A DNA stretch of 64,000 bases. Source: Octopus sinensis (lineage: Eukaryota). A program made the position numbers and the translations under genes. This document shows, piece by piece, positions 25,596 to 38,480 of this stretch. The stretch's first letter is position 1; each line of letters begins with the position of its first letter. Location of the stretch: the NCBI RefSeq assembly GCF_006345805.1, contig NC_043001.1:19406001-19470000 (forward strand). Direction: 5' to 3'. The notes beneath the pieces were generated by a model. It saw only the letters and a list, made by a program, of their open reading frames with translations. It ran no database searches and was not told where the DNA came from.

Positions 25596-25925
25596 ACGTG
25601 TGTGGGTATGTGTGTTTTGGTGGTGAGTTATTTAAAATGAATTAAATGAAGCTAAATGATTAAACTTTTATAGTACAGAACATATTCAAGGAAAAAGCTA
25701 ACAGTGACTTCAAGGCTTCGTCTTGCTCGCCATCATTAGACTATCGGCGAGCAAGCCGAAACTTCGAGATCACTGTCAACCTTTTCCCTGGAAAAATTAG
25801 CGCGTGCGCGCGTGTAAAACAGTGTGTAAAATACTTTATGTATATATACTGTATATAGGCCAGTTACTGCAGTGTTTCTCCTGAGGTAACCTCTCTAATG
25901 GACGTACTGTGTTAAAAACACAATG

Positions 25926-26140
25926 GATCTTTACACTTTGACCGGCAGATTTTTAAAATAATTTCTTTGTAACTAAACACTTTTAAACTTCGTATACTGT
26001 TAGTGTGTACAAAAAACATCTTTTTCTCTTGGCTTTCTTGAGAAAATTCTGTAGTTTGTAAGCTATTTGTTGTTTAATTTCTTGCATTTCGGCAATTTCA
26101 ACCAATCAATGACGTCTATTGAGGTGAATACAATTTCAGC
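25926..26140 (+). mobile_element. partial MITE of the GGATC-ended family
   Basis: Homologous to 53785-54000 (aactaaacacttttaaacttcgtatactg...caaccaatcaatgacgtctattg). Confidence 0.75.
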
Positions 26141-26383
26141 CGTTTTGATATAGGAAGAGTGAATAAAACATTCACTAATATTGCGAATAGCCGCCCGGCT
26201 GAATAAAATTCCGGTGTTTTTGACCCCTCTCTGATATTTATTATGTTGTCGGAGTTGTTGAAGAATATTTCACCAGATGTCACAAGAGATCTTAGGATGT
26301 TTCGTCCATGCTGCTGTGGTTGCTGATTGAATTAACGTATGTATGTATGTATGTATGTATGTATGTATGTATGTATGTATGTA

Positions 26384-26894
26384 CCGTAAATCCTCGAGCA
26401 TAGTTCGCCCTTAAGTATAATACGCAGGGAAATTTTAGGGGGGCTGTACCTCTGAAAGACCTAAACCTTGTGTATAATACGCACCATTCTCTAACTTGAA
26501 TCAAGGAGGTCTATATAACATCCGTGGTTTGTAAAACTGTATACAGTAATGTTCTTTATTATTATTGTATATGTAACATAATGCAAACGTGTAGCTTTTT
26601 TGTGCATTTTGTTTGCAGAAAATAAAGAAATAACAGTAATAACGTTTAATAAATGTTGCTTATTGTAAGTTATGGATGATTCTTTTATGACTTCATTGCT
26701 TTCAGGCTTAGCTTAAAGTATTTTCGCGCCCAACATCACAAAATGCGTCTGAATAAACATTGCCGGACAGTAAATAGAGACTCGGACATTGCTTAGAAGA
26801 TATTTTTCATTTTTAACCTCGTATATAGTACGCACTAGGGGTTTTGACCTTTAAATTTTTGGAAAAAAATGCGGATTGTACTCGAGGACTTACG

Positions 26895-26895
<1 letters not shown>
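26384..26895 (+). mobile_element. Tc1/pogo-type MITE in a (TATG)n tract
   Basis: TA|ccgtaaatcctcgag ... ctcgaggacttacga|TA; full inverted-orientation copy at 43586-44098 and partial copy at 35930-36035. Confidence 0.8.
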
Positions 26896-26925
<30 letters not shown>

Positions 26926-27364
26926 TGTATGTATGTATGTATGTATGTATGTATGTATGTATATAACAAAATGAGAGATATAGAAAATGGAATTCCAAAC
27001 CACAAAACTTGTAGGCAACCAGCTACAGGCAAATAACGGCAGGCATTATAATAGAAACAAGCGAAACCGAGTTTATTGGGTGAAGTACCTTTCGAAAAGT
27101 CACCTGGCGAGGCATATCTGCACCGAAGGATGCACCACAACAAGCTGTACAATATCTCACCCGCGCGGGACCAGTGCAAGATGGGTCGAAACGATCGTTG
27201 TGATTAATAAAGTATCTCGTGGATTCCATTTCCTGTTTTCTCATTTGTTATATAGTCGACGGACACCGAGGAATTCCTGAGGTAGATCCAGTGACATTTT
27301 TATCAATACTGTGGATGACATCAGGTAACCATAAACAGCGAAGGTGCTTTAGTCGGCAGGTGCT

Positions 27365-27675
27365 TTACGTTCTGAGTTCAAATTCCGCTGAGGTCGACTT
27401 TGCCTTTCATCCTTTCGGGGTCGATAAATTAAGTACCAGTTACACACTGGGGTCGAGGTAATCGACTTAATCCGTTTGTCTGTCCTTGTTTGTCCCCTCT
27501 GTGTGTAGCCCCTTGTGGGTAGTAAAGAAATAGGTATTTCGTCTGCCGTTACGTTTTGAGTTCAAATTGACTTTGCCTTTCATTCTTTCGGGGTCGAAAA
27601 ATTAAGTACCAGTTGATCTAATCGACTTGCCCGCTCTCCCAAAATTTCCGGCCTTGACCCTAGAGTAGAAAAGAA
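27365..27675 (+). mobile_element. SINE A 5'-truncated unit plus tandem unit with alternative tail
   Basis: Junction gaaataggtatttcgtctgccg; second unit ends cccaaaatttccggccttg..tagagtagaaaag. Confidence 0.85.
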
Positions 27676-27852
27676 TAAAATTTCACAGTATATGTTCGCT
27701 GTTCAGTAGTGTACTTTTCTATGCTTAACTTTTAGGGTCTTTGCATAAATTTAGGGTCTTTACATAAATTTGAAATAAAATAAAAATTAAATAATTATTT
27801 AAAAACCTCTTTGTGACTTCTGAACCACCCTGTATATCTCTTATCATTTATC

Positions 27853-28060
27853 TTTTACTTGTTTCAATCACTGAACAACGATCGTGTTGGAGCATCACCT
27901 TGAACAAGTTTTTTGTCGAACAAATCGACCCCAGTAACTTTTTTACTTAAGTCTGACACGTATTCTATCGGTTCTTTTGCCGAACTGCTAGTTTACGGGG
28001 ACAGAAACATGCAAACACCGGTTATCAAATGGTGGGTGGTAAACAGAGACACAAATACAC
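27853..28060 (-). mobile_element. SINE C 3' fragment
   Basis: ttttacttgtttcaatca...gccgaactgctag matches the family C tail. Confidence 0.75.
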
Positions 28061-28114
28061 AAACACACGCGCACACACATACATACACACACCGGTCATT
28101 CAATATGTGACCGC

Positions 28115-28315
28115 GTGTGTATCGTTGGCGATTTTCTTTCTCTGTCTTCCCTTCCTTGGACCTTTCCTTTTTCTATGTTTCTGAAGAAGAGCTCTGCTCG
28201 AAACGTTAAATCCTCCTTCTTTCTTTCCTTTCCTGAGCATCCAATAACACTATATTGTTCCACGTCCTCGCGTTGTGTGTTCGCTTTGTGTTTTTCATGT
28301 TTGGATTAACTACTA
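28115..28315 (+). mobile_element. ~190 bp repeat with HHR-core-like motif (core 28181-28205)
   Basis: CTGAAGA A GAGC TCT GCTC GAAA CGTT; paralogue of 11357-11530. Confidence 0.6.
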
Positions 28316-28321
28316 TATGTG

Positions 28322-28612
28322 CTTGTGGTTAGGGCATTCGGCTCATGACCGTAGGTTGGAGTCGATTCCCCGCGTTGTGTCCTGAGAAAGACACTTTATT
28401 TCACGTGCTCCAGTCCACTCAGTGCAAAATGAGTTGTACTTGTATTTCAAAGGGTCCGCCTTGTCACTCTTCGTTTCGCTGATTATCCCCGAGAACTAGT
28501 TAAGGGTAACGTGTCTGTGGAATGCTCAGCCATTTGCCGTTATTTCACGAGCAAGCTGTTCCGTTGATCGTATCAGCTGGGACCATCGTCGTCGTACGGC
28601 GGATCAAGAAAC
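28322..28612 (+). mobile_element. SINE D: tRNA head + CORE-like body + family B tail
   Basis: gtggttagggcattcggctcatg head; gcgttgtgtcctgagaaagacactttatttcac; tail atttcacgagcaagctgttccgttgatc shared with 39068 and 60784. Confidence 0.75.
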
Positions 28613-28649
28613 TACTATATGTGTGTGCGTGCGTGTTTGTGTGTTTGTG

Positions 28650-28680
<31 letters not shown>

Positions 28681-28729
28681 ATATATATATTATTATTATT
28701 ATTTATTTATATATATATATATATAAATA

Positions 28730-29000
28730 GGGGTTAGACAAAATAATGGAAACAAATGAGAGATCAACAAAACTCCTTGTAACAACAAAGATGAACTAAA
28801 GGCAAGGATTATGACAGCATTCACCAACTTAAACAAGGAGATCATCCAGAAGAGTTGCAGGAGATTCCGAAGTCGACTGGAGGCCGAGACTGAAGTCAGC
28901 GGCGATTCTATTGGATAAATTTACTCCTTAATATTTCAAGATATTTTTATGAAATTTTGATAAATACATCTGTTAAAGTGAGATGCCAGTGTTACTTTCA
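28730..29000 (+). mobile_element. Tc1/mariner transposase C-terminal relic / MITE
   Basis: Translates PCNNKDELKARIMTAFTNLNKEIIQKSCRRFRSRLEAETEVSGDSIG, like the ITm terminal helix (..FRxRLEAVI...GG.IE). Confidence 0.7.
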
Positions 29001-29068
29001 TGTTTACTACGCAATTTAGACGACAATATATTCACCGCACCCTGTATATGTGTGTGTGGGGGAGTGTA

Positions 29069-29130
29069 TCTATATATATAAAACTGAGAATGTGTGTGTG
29101 TGTGTTTGTGTGCGTGTGTGTGTGTGTGTG

Positions 29131-29161
<31 letters not shown>

Positions 29162-29300
29162 CTGTCTGTCTGTCTGTCTTTCTGTCTCTCTGTCTATCTG
29201 TCTGTCTGTATGCATGTGTGCATGAGTAAAACTCGAGAACTACCCAACGGATTTCATTCAAATTTTGCACATGCAGCGTCGTGGGACAAAAAATATTTTC
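29069..29300 (+). mobile_element. Helitron-like 5' fragment with internal microsatellite
   Basis: a|tctatatatataaaactgagaatgtgtg...cggatttcattcaaattttgcac; 3' end not seen. Confidence 0.45.
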
Positions 29301-29514
29301 GACTTCTTGCCTAATGCGAGCCCGGAGCAATCTCTTATATCTATCTCTTATCTCTTACAATGCTTCCGTATTATGTGTCAAAAGTGAAACAATAACATCT
29401 CTATTAATACTTTCACTATTATATGGATTCAATTTCAATTACATTCATTATGTATCTATATAAATTGGTTTCATTTCAATTACCTTCGATATGTAATTAT
29501 GTACATGTTTGTAT

Positions 29515-29529
29515 AAGTATGTTTGTATG

Positions 29530-29577
<48 letters not shown>

Positions 29578-29614
29578 TGTGTGTGTATGTATATGTATGT
29601 AAATGTATGTGTAC

Positions 29615-29646
<32 letters not shown>

Positions 29647-30140
29647 ATATATATATATATGTATATATGTATATATATATGTATATATGTATATGTATAT
29701 ATATGTATATATGTATATATGTGTATATGTATATGTATATATGTATATATGTGTATATGTATATGTATATGTAAGAATATATATGTGTATATATATATGT
29801 CCATATATATATGTAAATATCTGTATGTACATGTATATATATATACATATATATATATATATTGTATATATACATATATGCTTGTGTGTGTATATATATA
29901 TGCATATATATGTATATATATGTATATATATATACATGTATATATAAATATTTGTATGTATATTATATATGTGTGTGTATATGTATATATATATATATAT
30001 ATTTGTATATATATATACATATATATATATGTATATGTATATATATATATTTGTATATATATATATATGTATGTATGTATGTATGTATATGTATATGTAT
30101 ATGTATATATATATATATGTGTGGTGTGTGTGTGTATGCA
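29515..30140. repeat. (TA)n/(TG)n/(TATATG)n microsatellite field
   Basis: Direct reading. Confidence 0.95.
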
Positions 30141-30321
30141 TGTCTTTTTTCTCTTTCGTCTCTGTTACTATTATTATTACTGTTATTTTTCCCCTTTTAT
30201 AGTTTGCTTGTAAATATCCGATTTTTTTCCTATTATACCATTTGTATTTTCTATTATTATATCTTATTTTAATTTACTTTATATAATTAAACCTTTTTTC
30301 ATATTCTTACAATAATTTCTC

Positions 30322-30419
30322 ACACTGATGAAAACGACAATACAAAAATTTAATTATAATTACTACGGTTATTATTTTTTTCTTACATATTTGTAATGTC
30401 CTTTGAAACGCGCGTATGT
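30322..30419 (+). ncRNA. candidate type I hammerhead ribozyme with long stem II
   Basis: ACA CTGATGA AAA(C)GACA A TACAAA...TTTGTA A TGTC(C)TTT GAAA C GCGC G TA TGT; intact core, palindromic GCGC loop, 3-bp stem I. Confidence 0.55.
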
Positions 30420-30696
30420 ATTGAATCTTACTTTGTATTAAATCTAATTGTGATTCAACATCTTTTTTTCTCCTCCGTTTTTCTAGAATTGTTTATGGTA
30501 TATTTATACCTATAACGATATTTTTCAACAACTATTTTCCTATTCTTATTACTTGCTCTGGCTGTTTGTTTTTTAGGATATGCTGAATCTTTATTAGAAA
30601 TCATTCTTTCTCTCTTTTTGGACCTCTCAAAATTTTGCATTGTTCTCTTTTGAACTTAAATTTCCTACGTATATAAATATATGTGTGTGTGTGTGT

Positions 30697-30733
<37 letters not shown>

Positions 30734-30807
30734 CTATGTATATATATGGATATATATATATGTGTGTGTGTGATGATTACTTCTCATGATGAAGTAATTA
30801 TCACATT

Positions 30808-30859
<52 letters not shown>

Positions 30860-30904
30860 ATATATATATATTGTTGTGTGTGTGTGTGTGTGTGGTGTGT
30901 GTAG

Positions 30905-31069
30905 ACGTAGGGATGGCTGTGTGGTAAGTAGCTTGCTTACAAACCACATTGTTCTGGGTTCAGTCCAACTGCCTGGCACCTTGGGCAAAGTATCTTCTAC
31001 TATAGCCTCGGTCCGACCAATGCCTTGTGAGTGGATGTGGTAGACGGAAACTGAAAGAAGCCTGTCGTA

Positions 31070-31146
<77 letters not shown>

Positions 31147-31342
31147 GTGTGTGTGTGTGTGTGTGTGTGTTCGTGTGTCTGTGTTTGTCCCCTCAACATC
31201 GCTTGACAGCCGATGGTGGTGTGTTTACGACCCGTAACTTAGCGGTTCGGCAAAAAGAGAACGACAGAATAAGTACTGGGCTCGACTAAAGGCGGTGCTC
31301 CAGCATTGGCACAGTCAAATGACTAATAAAAGAGAGTAAAAA
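30905..31342 (+). mobile_element. SINE C, full length with expanded internal microsatellite
   Basis: Head, CORE-like segment and tail as at 11541. Confidence 0.88.
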
Positions 31343-31373
<31 letters not shown>

Positions 31374-31599
31374 TATATAAAATATTATTTGAGACAAAAC
31401 CACTATTTTGCAAAACAAACAAGGAAAGACTTAATCAATACATAAAATTTAATAAATAGTCTCAAATAATATTTTATAATATTTTACTATAAAATTGGAT
31501 TTAATCCTAAATCTGATTTTTTTTCCCTGTAAATTTGGATATATTCCCTAATATTTATTATTATATATACATATATATATATATAAATATATGCGATGG

Positions 31600-31755
31600 G
31601 CTTTCACACAGTTTCTTTCTACCAAATTCACTGACAAGACATTGGTCGGCCCGGGGCTATTGTAGAAGATACTTGCCCAAAGTGCCGCGCAGTGGAACTG
31701 AACCCCAAAACACGTGGCTGCAAAGCGAACTTCCTAACCTCACCACCATGTCTGT
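31600..31755 (-). mobile_element. SINE C 5' fragment
   Basis: gggttcagttccactgcgcggcactttgggcaag on the minus strand. Confidence 0.75.
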
Positions 31756-32428
31756 GTCTATAACAGATGCAACTAACGCAAGACTCTCTACAGTGGAGTG
31801 ACACTCTCAACCATTCGACGATACCTGCTCTAATATCTACCGAACTACGGCCTACTTTATTAATAATGCTTATGTTATTGGAAGGAGGGAAATGTGTGGC
31901 AGTTGACCCAGACAGGATTTCAACGCACAGTCCCGAATGAAACAAAGCGGTTTGAGTTCATCTTTGATGTTTCTGCCAGTTTATCGACCTGATTAAATAA
32001 TTAATTATTAATTAATATACTAAGTTAATTAGCACCATCATCTATGCATTAACAATAATTTTTGCCTGTTGTTTGTGTTTTAATCTCGTATAAAATTCAC
32101 AGGTCTGTAGCATATGACTAAATTAGCCACAATACTAAGAGGACTACCGTTTGTACATTTACAGAGTGTTCGGGATAAACTTGACAGTCTTTTACGTCTT
32201 CTTTCTTCAAGAACAATTTGATGTATTGGTGAACAGTCGAGGGCGTTGGAGGGCATAAAAATTAAAGATCTTTATGAGAAAATGTTAGCTGACATAGCGA
32301 ACTTAAAACCATATGAATTTTGGAAAAGAAGTTACCTGTATCATGATGGTTCGCGCCGACATCATGACTGCTGTTCAATGTTCTGTGAACAATGTAAAGA
32401 AGGCTGAAAGACGTGATATGGATACCAT

Positions 32429-32625
32429 CAGTGGCGGACTGGCCAGGTTGCCAGTTTGCCCGATGGCAAGTGGGCTCTTGTGCCATTAGAATCCATATAT
32501 AGGGACCCATGTTAGTATCGAACGGGCCCATCTCGCTTCAAGTTTGAGAATGTTTTATTCACTCCTGGAAGAATGCTTTAGTTATTTCAGCCTAGCTGTG
32601 TTTGTAGACATCTGAATAGAATACT
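32429..32625. mobile_element. partial copy of the hAT-like MITE at 1797-2084
   Basis: cagtggcggactggcc end plus ~190 bp of inverted homology. Confidence 0.75.
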
Positions 32626-32652
32626 TTTAACAAAACAAAACAAAAATTAAGC

Positions 32653-32814
32653 GCAGGAGTGGCCGTGTGGTAAGTAGCTTACTTACCAGCCACATGGTTC
32701 CGGGTTCAGTCCCACTGCGTGGCACCTTGGACAAGTGTCATCTACTATAGCCTCGGGATGACCAAAGCCTTGTGGGTGGATTCGGTAGACGGAGACTGAA
32801 AGAAGCCCGTCGTA

Positions 32815-32815
<1 letters not shown>
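32653..32815 (+). mobile_element. SINE C 5' half
   Basis: gcaggagtggccgtgtggtaag...gaaagaagcccgtcg. Confidence 0.85.
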
Positions 32816-32846
<31 letters not shown>

Positions 32847-33089
32847 ACCAATGTAAAGAAAGCTTTCGGGGGGAAGTCTGGATAATGTTTGACTTCCCCC
32901 CCCCCATGTAGATGGTTGGATGGATGAATGGATGGATGAACCACAAACACACAATTACACACGCACATACACATACACACACACATACACACACACACAC
33001 ATACATACACACATACACATACACACATACACATACACACACATACACACACATACACGCACACACATATATATCAAATATCAAATAAA

Positions 33090-33312
33090 GGTGGTGAGCT
33101 AGCAGACACGTTAACGCGCCGGGCGAAATGCTTAGCGGTATTTCGTCTGTCGTTACGTTCAAATTCCGCCGAGGTCGACTTTGCCTTTCATCCTTTCGTG
33201 GTTGATAAATAAAGTACCAGTTTCGCACTGGTGTCGATGTAATCGACTTAATCCCTTTGTCTGTCATTGTTTGTCCCCTCTATGTTTAGCCCCTTGTGGG
33301 CAATAAAGAAAT
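33090..33312 (+). mobile_element. SINE A
   Basis: Consensus match; TSD atatatatcaaatatc. Confidence 0.9.
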
Positions 33313-33355
33313 ATATATATATATCAAATATCTGGACACTCTCTCTCTCTCTCTC

Positions 33356-33569
33356 TTACTCTTTTACTTGTTTCAGTCATTTGACTGCGGCCATGCTGGA
33401 GCACCACCTTTAGTCGAGCAAATCGACCCCAGGACTTATTCTTTGTAAGCCCAGTACTTATTCTATAGGTCTCTTTTGCCGAACCGCTAAGTTACGGGGA
33501 CGTAAACACACCACCATCGGTTATCAAGTGATGTTGGAGGGACAAACACAGACACACAAACTCACACAC

Positions 33570-33600
<31 letters not shown>

Positions 33601-33765
33601 CATGTATACGATGGGCTTCTTTCAGTTTCCGTCTACCAAATCCACTCACAAGGCTTTGGTCGGCCCGAGGCTATAACAGAAGACACTTGCCCAAGGTGCC
33701 ACGCAGTGGGACTGAACCCGGAACCATGTGGTTGGTAAGCAAGCTACTTACCACACAGCCACTCA
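33356..33765 (-). mobile_element. SINE C, full length
   Basis: Consensus match. Confidence 0.9.
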
Positions 33766-33789
33766 CTGGTTCTCATATAAAAATTTTAA

Positions 33790-34100
33790 ATGGATTCTCC
33801 TTCCAAATAATGCATATATGAAGCGCAAAACACAGAATCTAACATACTGCATAACTTGCCCTAATTGCGAAGGGAACTATATTGGCGAAACCAACAATTC
33901 CCCTTGCCGACTTGCAACACTCCATAGACAACACATCATACATAAGAGTTATGTAAGATTCCGCTGAGCAAGCATCTGAAAATACGCAGAAGCAGCAGAT
34001 TCAAAATCTTTTCTTTCTGCAAATGCCCAGGAGATGATCCAAAATGCCGGAAGGCAATGGAACTACATTTTATATAAAAAAATTTTTACTTGAGCTAAAT
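33790..34100 (+). mobile_element. PLE GIY-YIG relic (clade A-like)
   Basis: NLTYCITCPNCEGNYIGETNNSPCRLATLHRQHI followed by SKHL...FKIFSF...RKAMELHFI. Confidence 0.8.
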
Positions 34101-34799
34101 GTGTAAAAATTATATCTATGAAAATATAAGAAATCCTTATTAAAAACTTAGTTACCAGGATGAACTAAACAAGATTAACTCTAGATATTACCGTTAACAA
34201 TATTCTTCATTACTATTACTAAAATAACTGGAAAAATTCATTTAAACAGTCAACACACAACACACACACATACACACTCTCACATACATACGCTTAAACG
34301 CAGGCGCAGATACAAACACACACATACATACATACATACATACATACATACATACATACATACATACATACACATACATACATACACACTTACTCACACA
34401 CATACCTACATACATTTAAACGCCTTTCCAAATAATTCTGTAGATTCTATTTCTCTACTGCTGGGCAATACGACGACTGATCAAAAATATTTTGTCAGTC
34501 ACACAATAACTAAAAGAAATTTGTTGCAATTGATGAAAAAACAGTGTCTTCTTTCACCTGTCATCAATTTCAATCATCTCAGAAAAGCACACCTTTCTGT
34601 CTTTCTTTCTTCCTTCTGTCCTTTCTTTCTTTTTCTTTAAAAACTCACTATACACACATTTATACACAGATAAGCATACACACACATATATAGATTCAAA
34701 ATGACAAAGAGCATCTCAAATAACCACCCGCATAACACCCTCTTTCTAAACCCCAAGAAAATAAATTCAAACTAGTTTTTTTTTTCAACCAACTCACAT

Positions 34800-35060
34800 A
34801 TCTATTATATAAAATCCGTTCTGTCTGTCTGTGTGTGTGTCTTCTAGGATCTCGGGCATCCTCCATCCGATTGCGCTCAAATTTGATGTATAGATACCGA
34901 CGGTATCACGGCGTGTATAAATCTCGAAAAAATTACAAAAATCGATTCCAGGTGAGAATGCGATCGATAAAGCCGTGGGAACGTGTATTGGTACGCTCAA
35001 GTACATCAGCTGTTGCTATCGATACTAAGTGTACGCGAGAAAAATGCACGCGCAGTTTGC
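34800..35060 (+). mobile_element. Helitron-like element
   Basis: a|tctattatataaaatccgttctgtctgtc 5' end; cgcgcagtttgcgc hairpin near the 3' end; CTRR not seen. Confidence 0.5.
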
Positions 35061-35244
35061 GCAAAAAAAGCCGGTTGGTTTGAAATAATGCCACAAAATG
35101 TAGTATATTTAAGAGACCAAAAAAGTAAGATGCAAAAGAGATATTTTCTCCAAACTTGGCATGAAGGAAGGAAAGACTATTTGGTAATATTTCCGTTCGT
35201 TGTATTTCTGTTAAATTTTTGATGTGTGTCTGTGTGTGTGCGTG

Positions 35245-35340
35245 TGTTTTACTTTTTACATGTTTCAGTCATTAGAATGCGGCCATGCTGTGGCACCGAC
35301 TTGAAAAAATTTTAGTCGAATGAATCGGCCCCAGTATTTA
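35245..35340 (-). mobile_element. SINE C 3' fragment
   Basis: tgtttcagtcattagaatgcggccatgctgtggcaccg. Confidence 0.7.
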
Positions 35341-35929
35341 TTTATTTATTTATTTATTTATTTATTTCTCAAGGAGTTTTTTTTTTTTTTTTGCCTTAAC
35401 TTCGTTTAACAAAACCAAAAATTTTAATGAAATAAAGGCATGCTTAATTATTTTTTAATGAAAAGAAAACACTGATTGCTTTTTATTCAGCAGATATGAT
35501 TCAGCACCGTCCTTTGGACGAGGGGACGTTTTGCTCGTACTATATAAAAGGTATACATTTTCTATAAGAAATCATTCGTGGTTAATCCCTAAAAGGTAAG
35601 CAAGTTTCTTATCACACAGCCACGCCTGCGCATTTCTATAATAATAATACGCAGTATGTGAAGTGTTGGTCACGCTAGGAAGAGCAGAGTAAAACAACAG
35701 TGGGGAGTGAGTGACTGTCAGAGGCGGTAAAGGAAGCAGACACCGTTCAAAAGTGTTGCTCTAAAGACGTTGGTAGTTTAATCAAAATAAAATAGTTTTT
35801 TATCCAAATCCTAACTACCTCCTTTATCTTAATATATAAAATCTGTACACCGCTCCAGACAATCCATCCATCCATACATACATACATACATACATACATA
35901 CATACATACATACATACATACAAACATAC

Positions 35930-36035
35930 CGTAAATCTTCGAGTATAGTCCGCCTTGAGTATATTACGCAGGGGATTACCTCTGAAAAACCTAAACCTTG
36001 TGTATAATACGCACCTCTTCTCCAACTTGAGTCAA
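35930..36035 (+). mobile_element. 5' part of the pogo-type MITE
   Basis: taccgtaaatcttcgagtatagtccgcc matches 26384. Confidence 0.75.
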
Positions 36036-36126
36036 CCCAAGGTGGTGAATTGTTTTTTGTTTGTTTTTTTTTCCTTTTTTCTCTTTTTATCGCAAATTGT
36101 ATTTAGTTTATCAGTTTCATACACCT

Positions 36127-37135
36127 TGTCACCCAATGCCATCCTCAAAATTGACCTTAAGAATGCCTTCAACTCCAGCACCCGCGATGGTGTCCTCAGT
36201 TCAGTAAGAGAGAAGGTTCCACAACTCTACCGCCTCGCATGACAGGCTTATCGGGAGTCCTCCTCTCTTTCGATGACCAAATATTTACCTCCACCTAAGG
36301 AGTCCAACAGTACACCCACTTAGGCACGCTCTCTTCGCACTGGGCATTGATGACATCACCAAGATGGCCGTCGAGCTAGACCTCAACGTCTGGTTCTCGA
36401 CGATACTTCTTTGGGGGAGGGGACTCCGGACAGGGTTCTCATCATTGCTTGCATGATGGTTGGGGAGCTTGGTCGCCGGAGTATTCTAGTAAACAGCTCC
36501 AAATGTGAGCTCTGGTTCCTCAACCATCCGGTTTCTCAACATCAACCAACTGTTGACCTTTTAGCAGAGTCCTTCCTTTCCATTGCAGTCCCTCCACCAT
36601 CGGCTTCGTGCTCTCTAGGTGCCCCAATCACTGACCTTGCTTTTGAGTCCATCTTCCAGTCGAAGGTGGCTGTCCTTGAGCAATTGCTGAAAAATATTGA
36701 AGCCATCGAACCCCATTAAGGTTTTTTCATACCTAGGGATTATCTCTCGATCCCTAATCTTCTATTTTTACTCAGAGTCAGCTCATCTTACCGATTGCCA
36801 TCGTGCCTCCAACGCTTCGACAACCTAATCTTTGAGAAACTCGAATGCTTAGTCAATGTCAGACTCTCTCTAATGTCCCGCAATCAGACTGCTTTTCCCA
36901 AGCGATTTGGAGATCTTGGTCTTCGTAAGTGTTCATCCATCTCTCCCCCTGCTTCCACCTATGCCTGCTCCACTCTGATGAGCAACATCCTCACCGCTCC
37001 AACATGGACCAGTTCCTTCAGGGAGTTGGATGAAGCTCTCCAACACTGGAGGGAATTGGGCCTGACTGCGTCTGAGAAGATGGAGGACTGTCGTAGTTAG
37101 AAAGCTTGGGACAACATAATTTCGAGGGCCATTTC
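36127..37135 (+). mobile_element. CRE-clade non-LTR retrotransposon RT relic
   Basis: LKIDLKNAFNS.TRDGVL..VREKVPQLY, ELDLNVW(F)LDD (frameshifted), VNSSKCEL, LGAPI, LRDYLSIPNLLFLLR, FDNLI...NV.LS...Q..FPKRFGDLGLRK; typical CRE/SLACS pattern. Confidence 0.8.
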
Positions 37136-37269
37136 CCTTATGCATGGTTTGTACCTTTAATTGTATGATGTTGTTTGGGCCCATTTTTGCTATTTGTGAG
37201 TTTTTATTACCCATATTTGCAACCACTCTCTCGTCGTATACAGAGTTATTAACTGCATTTGTTTGGTAT

Positions 37270-38480
37270 TTCCCCAATAGTTTTCTATTTAGTTTTGTGT
37301 TATTTAATTTGTGTGGTACTCTAGATTGTGGGATGTCGTGTATGCTAATTTTATATCATGTCTGTTGATGATTTTGCGATATTTGGAAGATTTTAAGAAG
37401 TGCCTATCTAATGCTGCGAAGAATTCTAGGCCCAGTTTGGATTTCAATTGAGAATTGAAGATTGGATTAAATTAAATAATTCCATCGGTTATTTTCCCAT
37501 TTCTTTTAATATAACTATTGGATTTTTTTGTGTGTATTCTATTGTTTTGTTATTGTTATTAACATTGATGTTTAACGGTGCGATTCTTTCTGACTTTAGT
37601 TGTGGTTTCGTGGTGTCTGTTTTATATCAATTGCTATTAGTGTTATGGTTTTATATTCCTCTTTTGGTCCCTATAATATTTACTATTTTTCTAGGTTTGT
37701 TATTTTGTGACTACTTCTATGATTATCCCCACTATTAATAATGCCCTCTGGGTAATTGTGCCTTCTCTATCTTGTTATGTATACATACTATTTTATCTTT
37801 ATATCCCACTCTAGCCAATGCTAGGTTGTAATATTTCGCGTGCATATCATTTGTGGATTGTCTGGATATTCTATTACTCACGCTCCTAGAGATGCAACGC
37901 AGTATATGTTCCAGGTGATTGGATCCTCGGCTCACATATTTTAAGCTCTCCGTTGACTTATGGAATGGTTCGAATTTACCATCAATAAGGCTGAGCTTTA
38001 CGTCTAGTAATTTCACCACTTTGTGATTTTTTCTATTTCAATTTCCTGTCCAAAGTTCTTAAAGAATTTAAAGAGTTTCTTCTTGTATCCAAAACAGACT
38101 GCTATTCTTACAACATTATCAGATTCGTTTTCGTATATGATTTGCAAGATTCTTGATGTGAATTCGAGTGTTTAAACATTCTACTGTTTTTCGAGAGGGT
38201 CATCATGCAAATAATAAACACAGGCACTGGTGCTATTTAACTTTTTTATAATTATTATTATTAGTTAATTCGTTAACGTTAAACCAGTTAACTAATTGAC
38301 TATTTGATTAATAGTGCGATCAATCAACCAGCTTAGTCAAAGTTCTTCCGTCATCATTCGCTACCTTGTCAATGTCATGCCCTCTCTGCCCCATACCTGT
38401 TTCAAAACACGAAAACAGAAATTTCCTAAAACAGACCTATTGTGGCAAATAGTTCGTGTCATTTCCATAAGATTGTCATT
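37270..38480 (-). mobile_element. PLE-B relic (RT C-terminus and linker)
   Basis: VVKLLDVKLSLIDGKFEPFHK..SNH...ISRSVSNRIS...YNLAL..VGY and FNPIFNSQLKSKLGLEFFAALDRHF..S.YRKIINRHDIKLAY; the part above 38210 is weaker. Confidence 0.75.
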
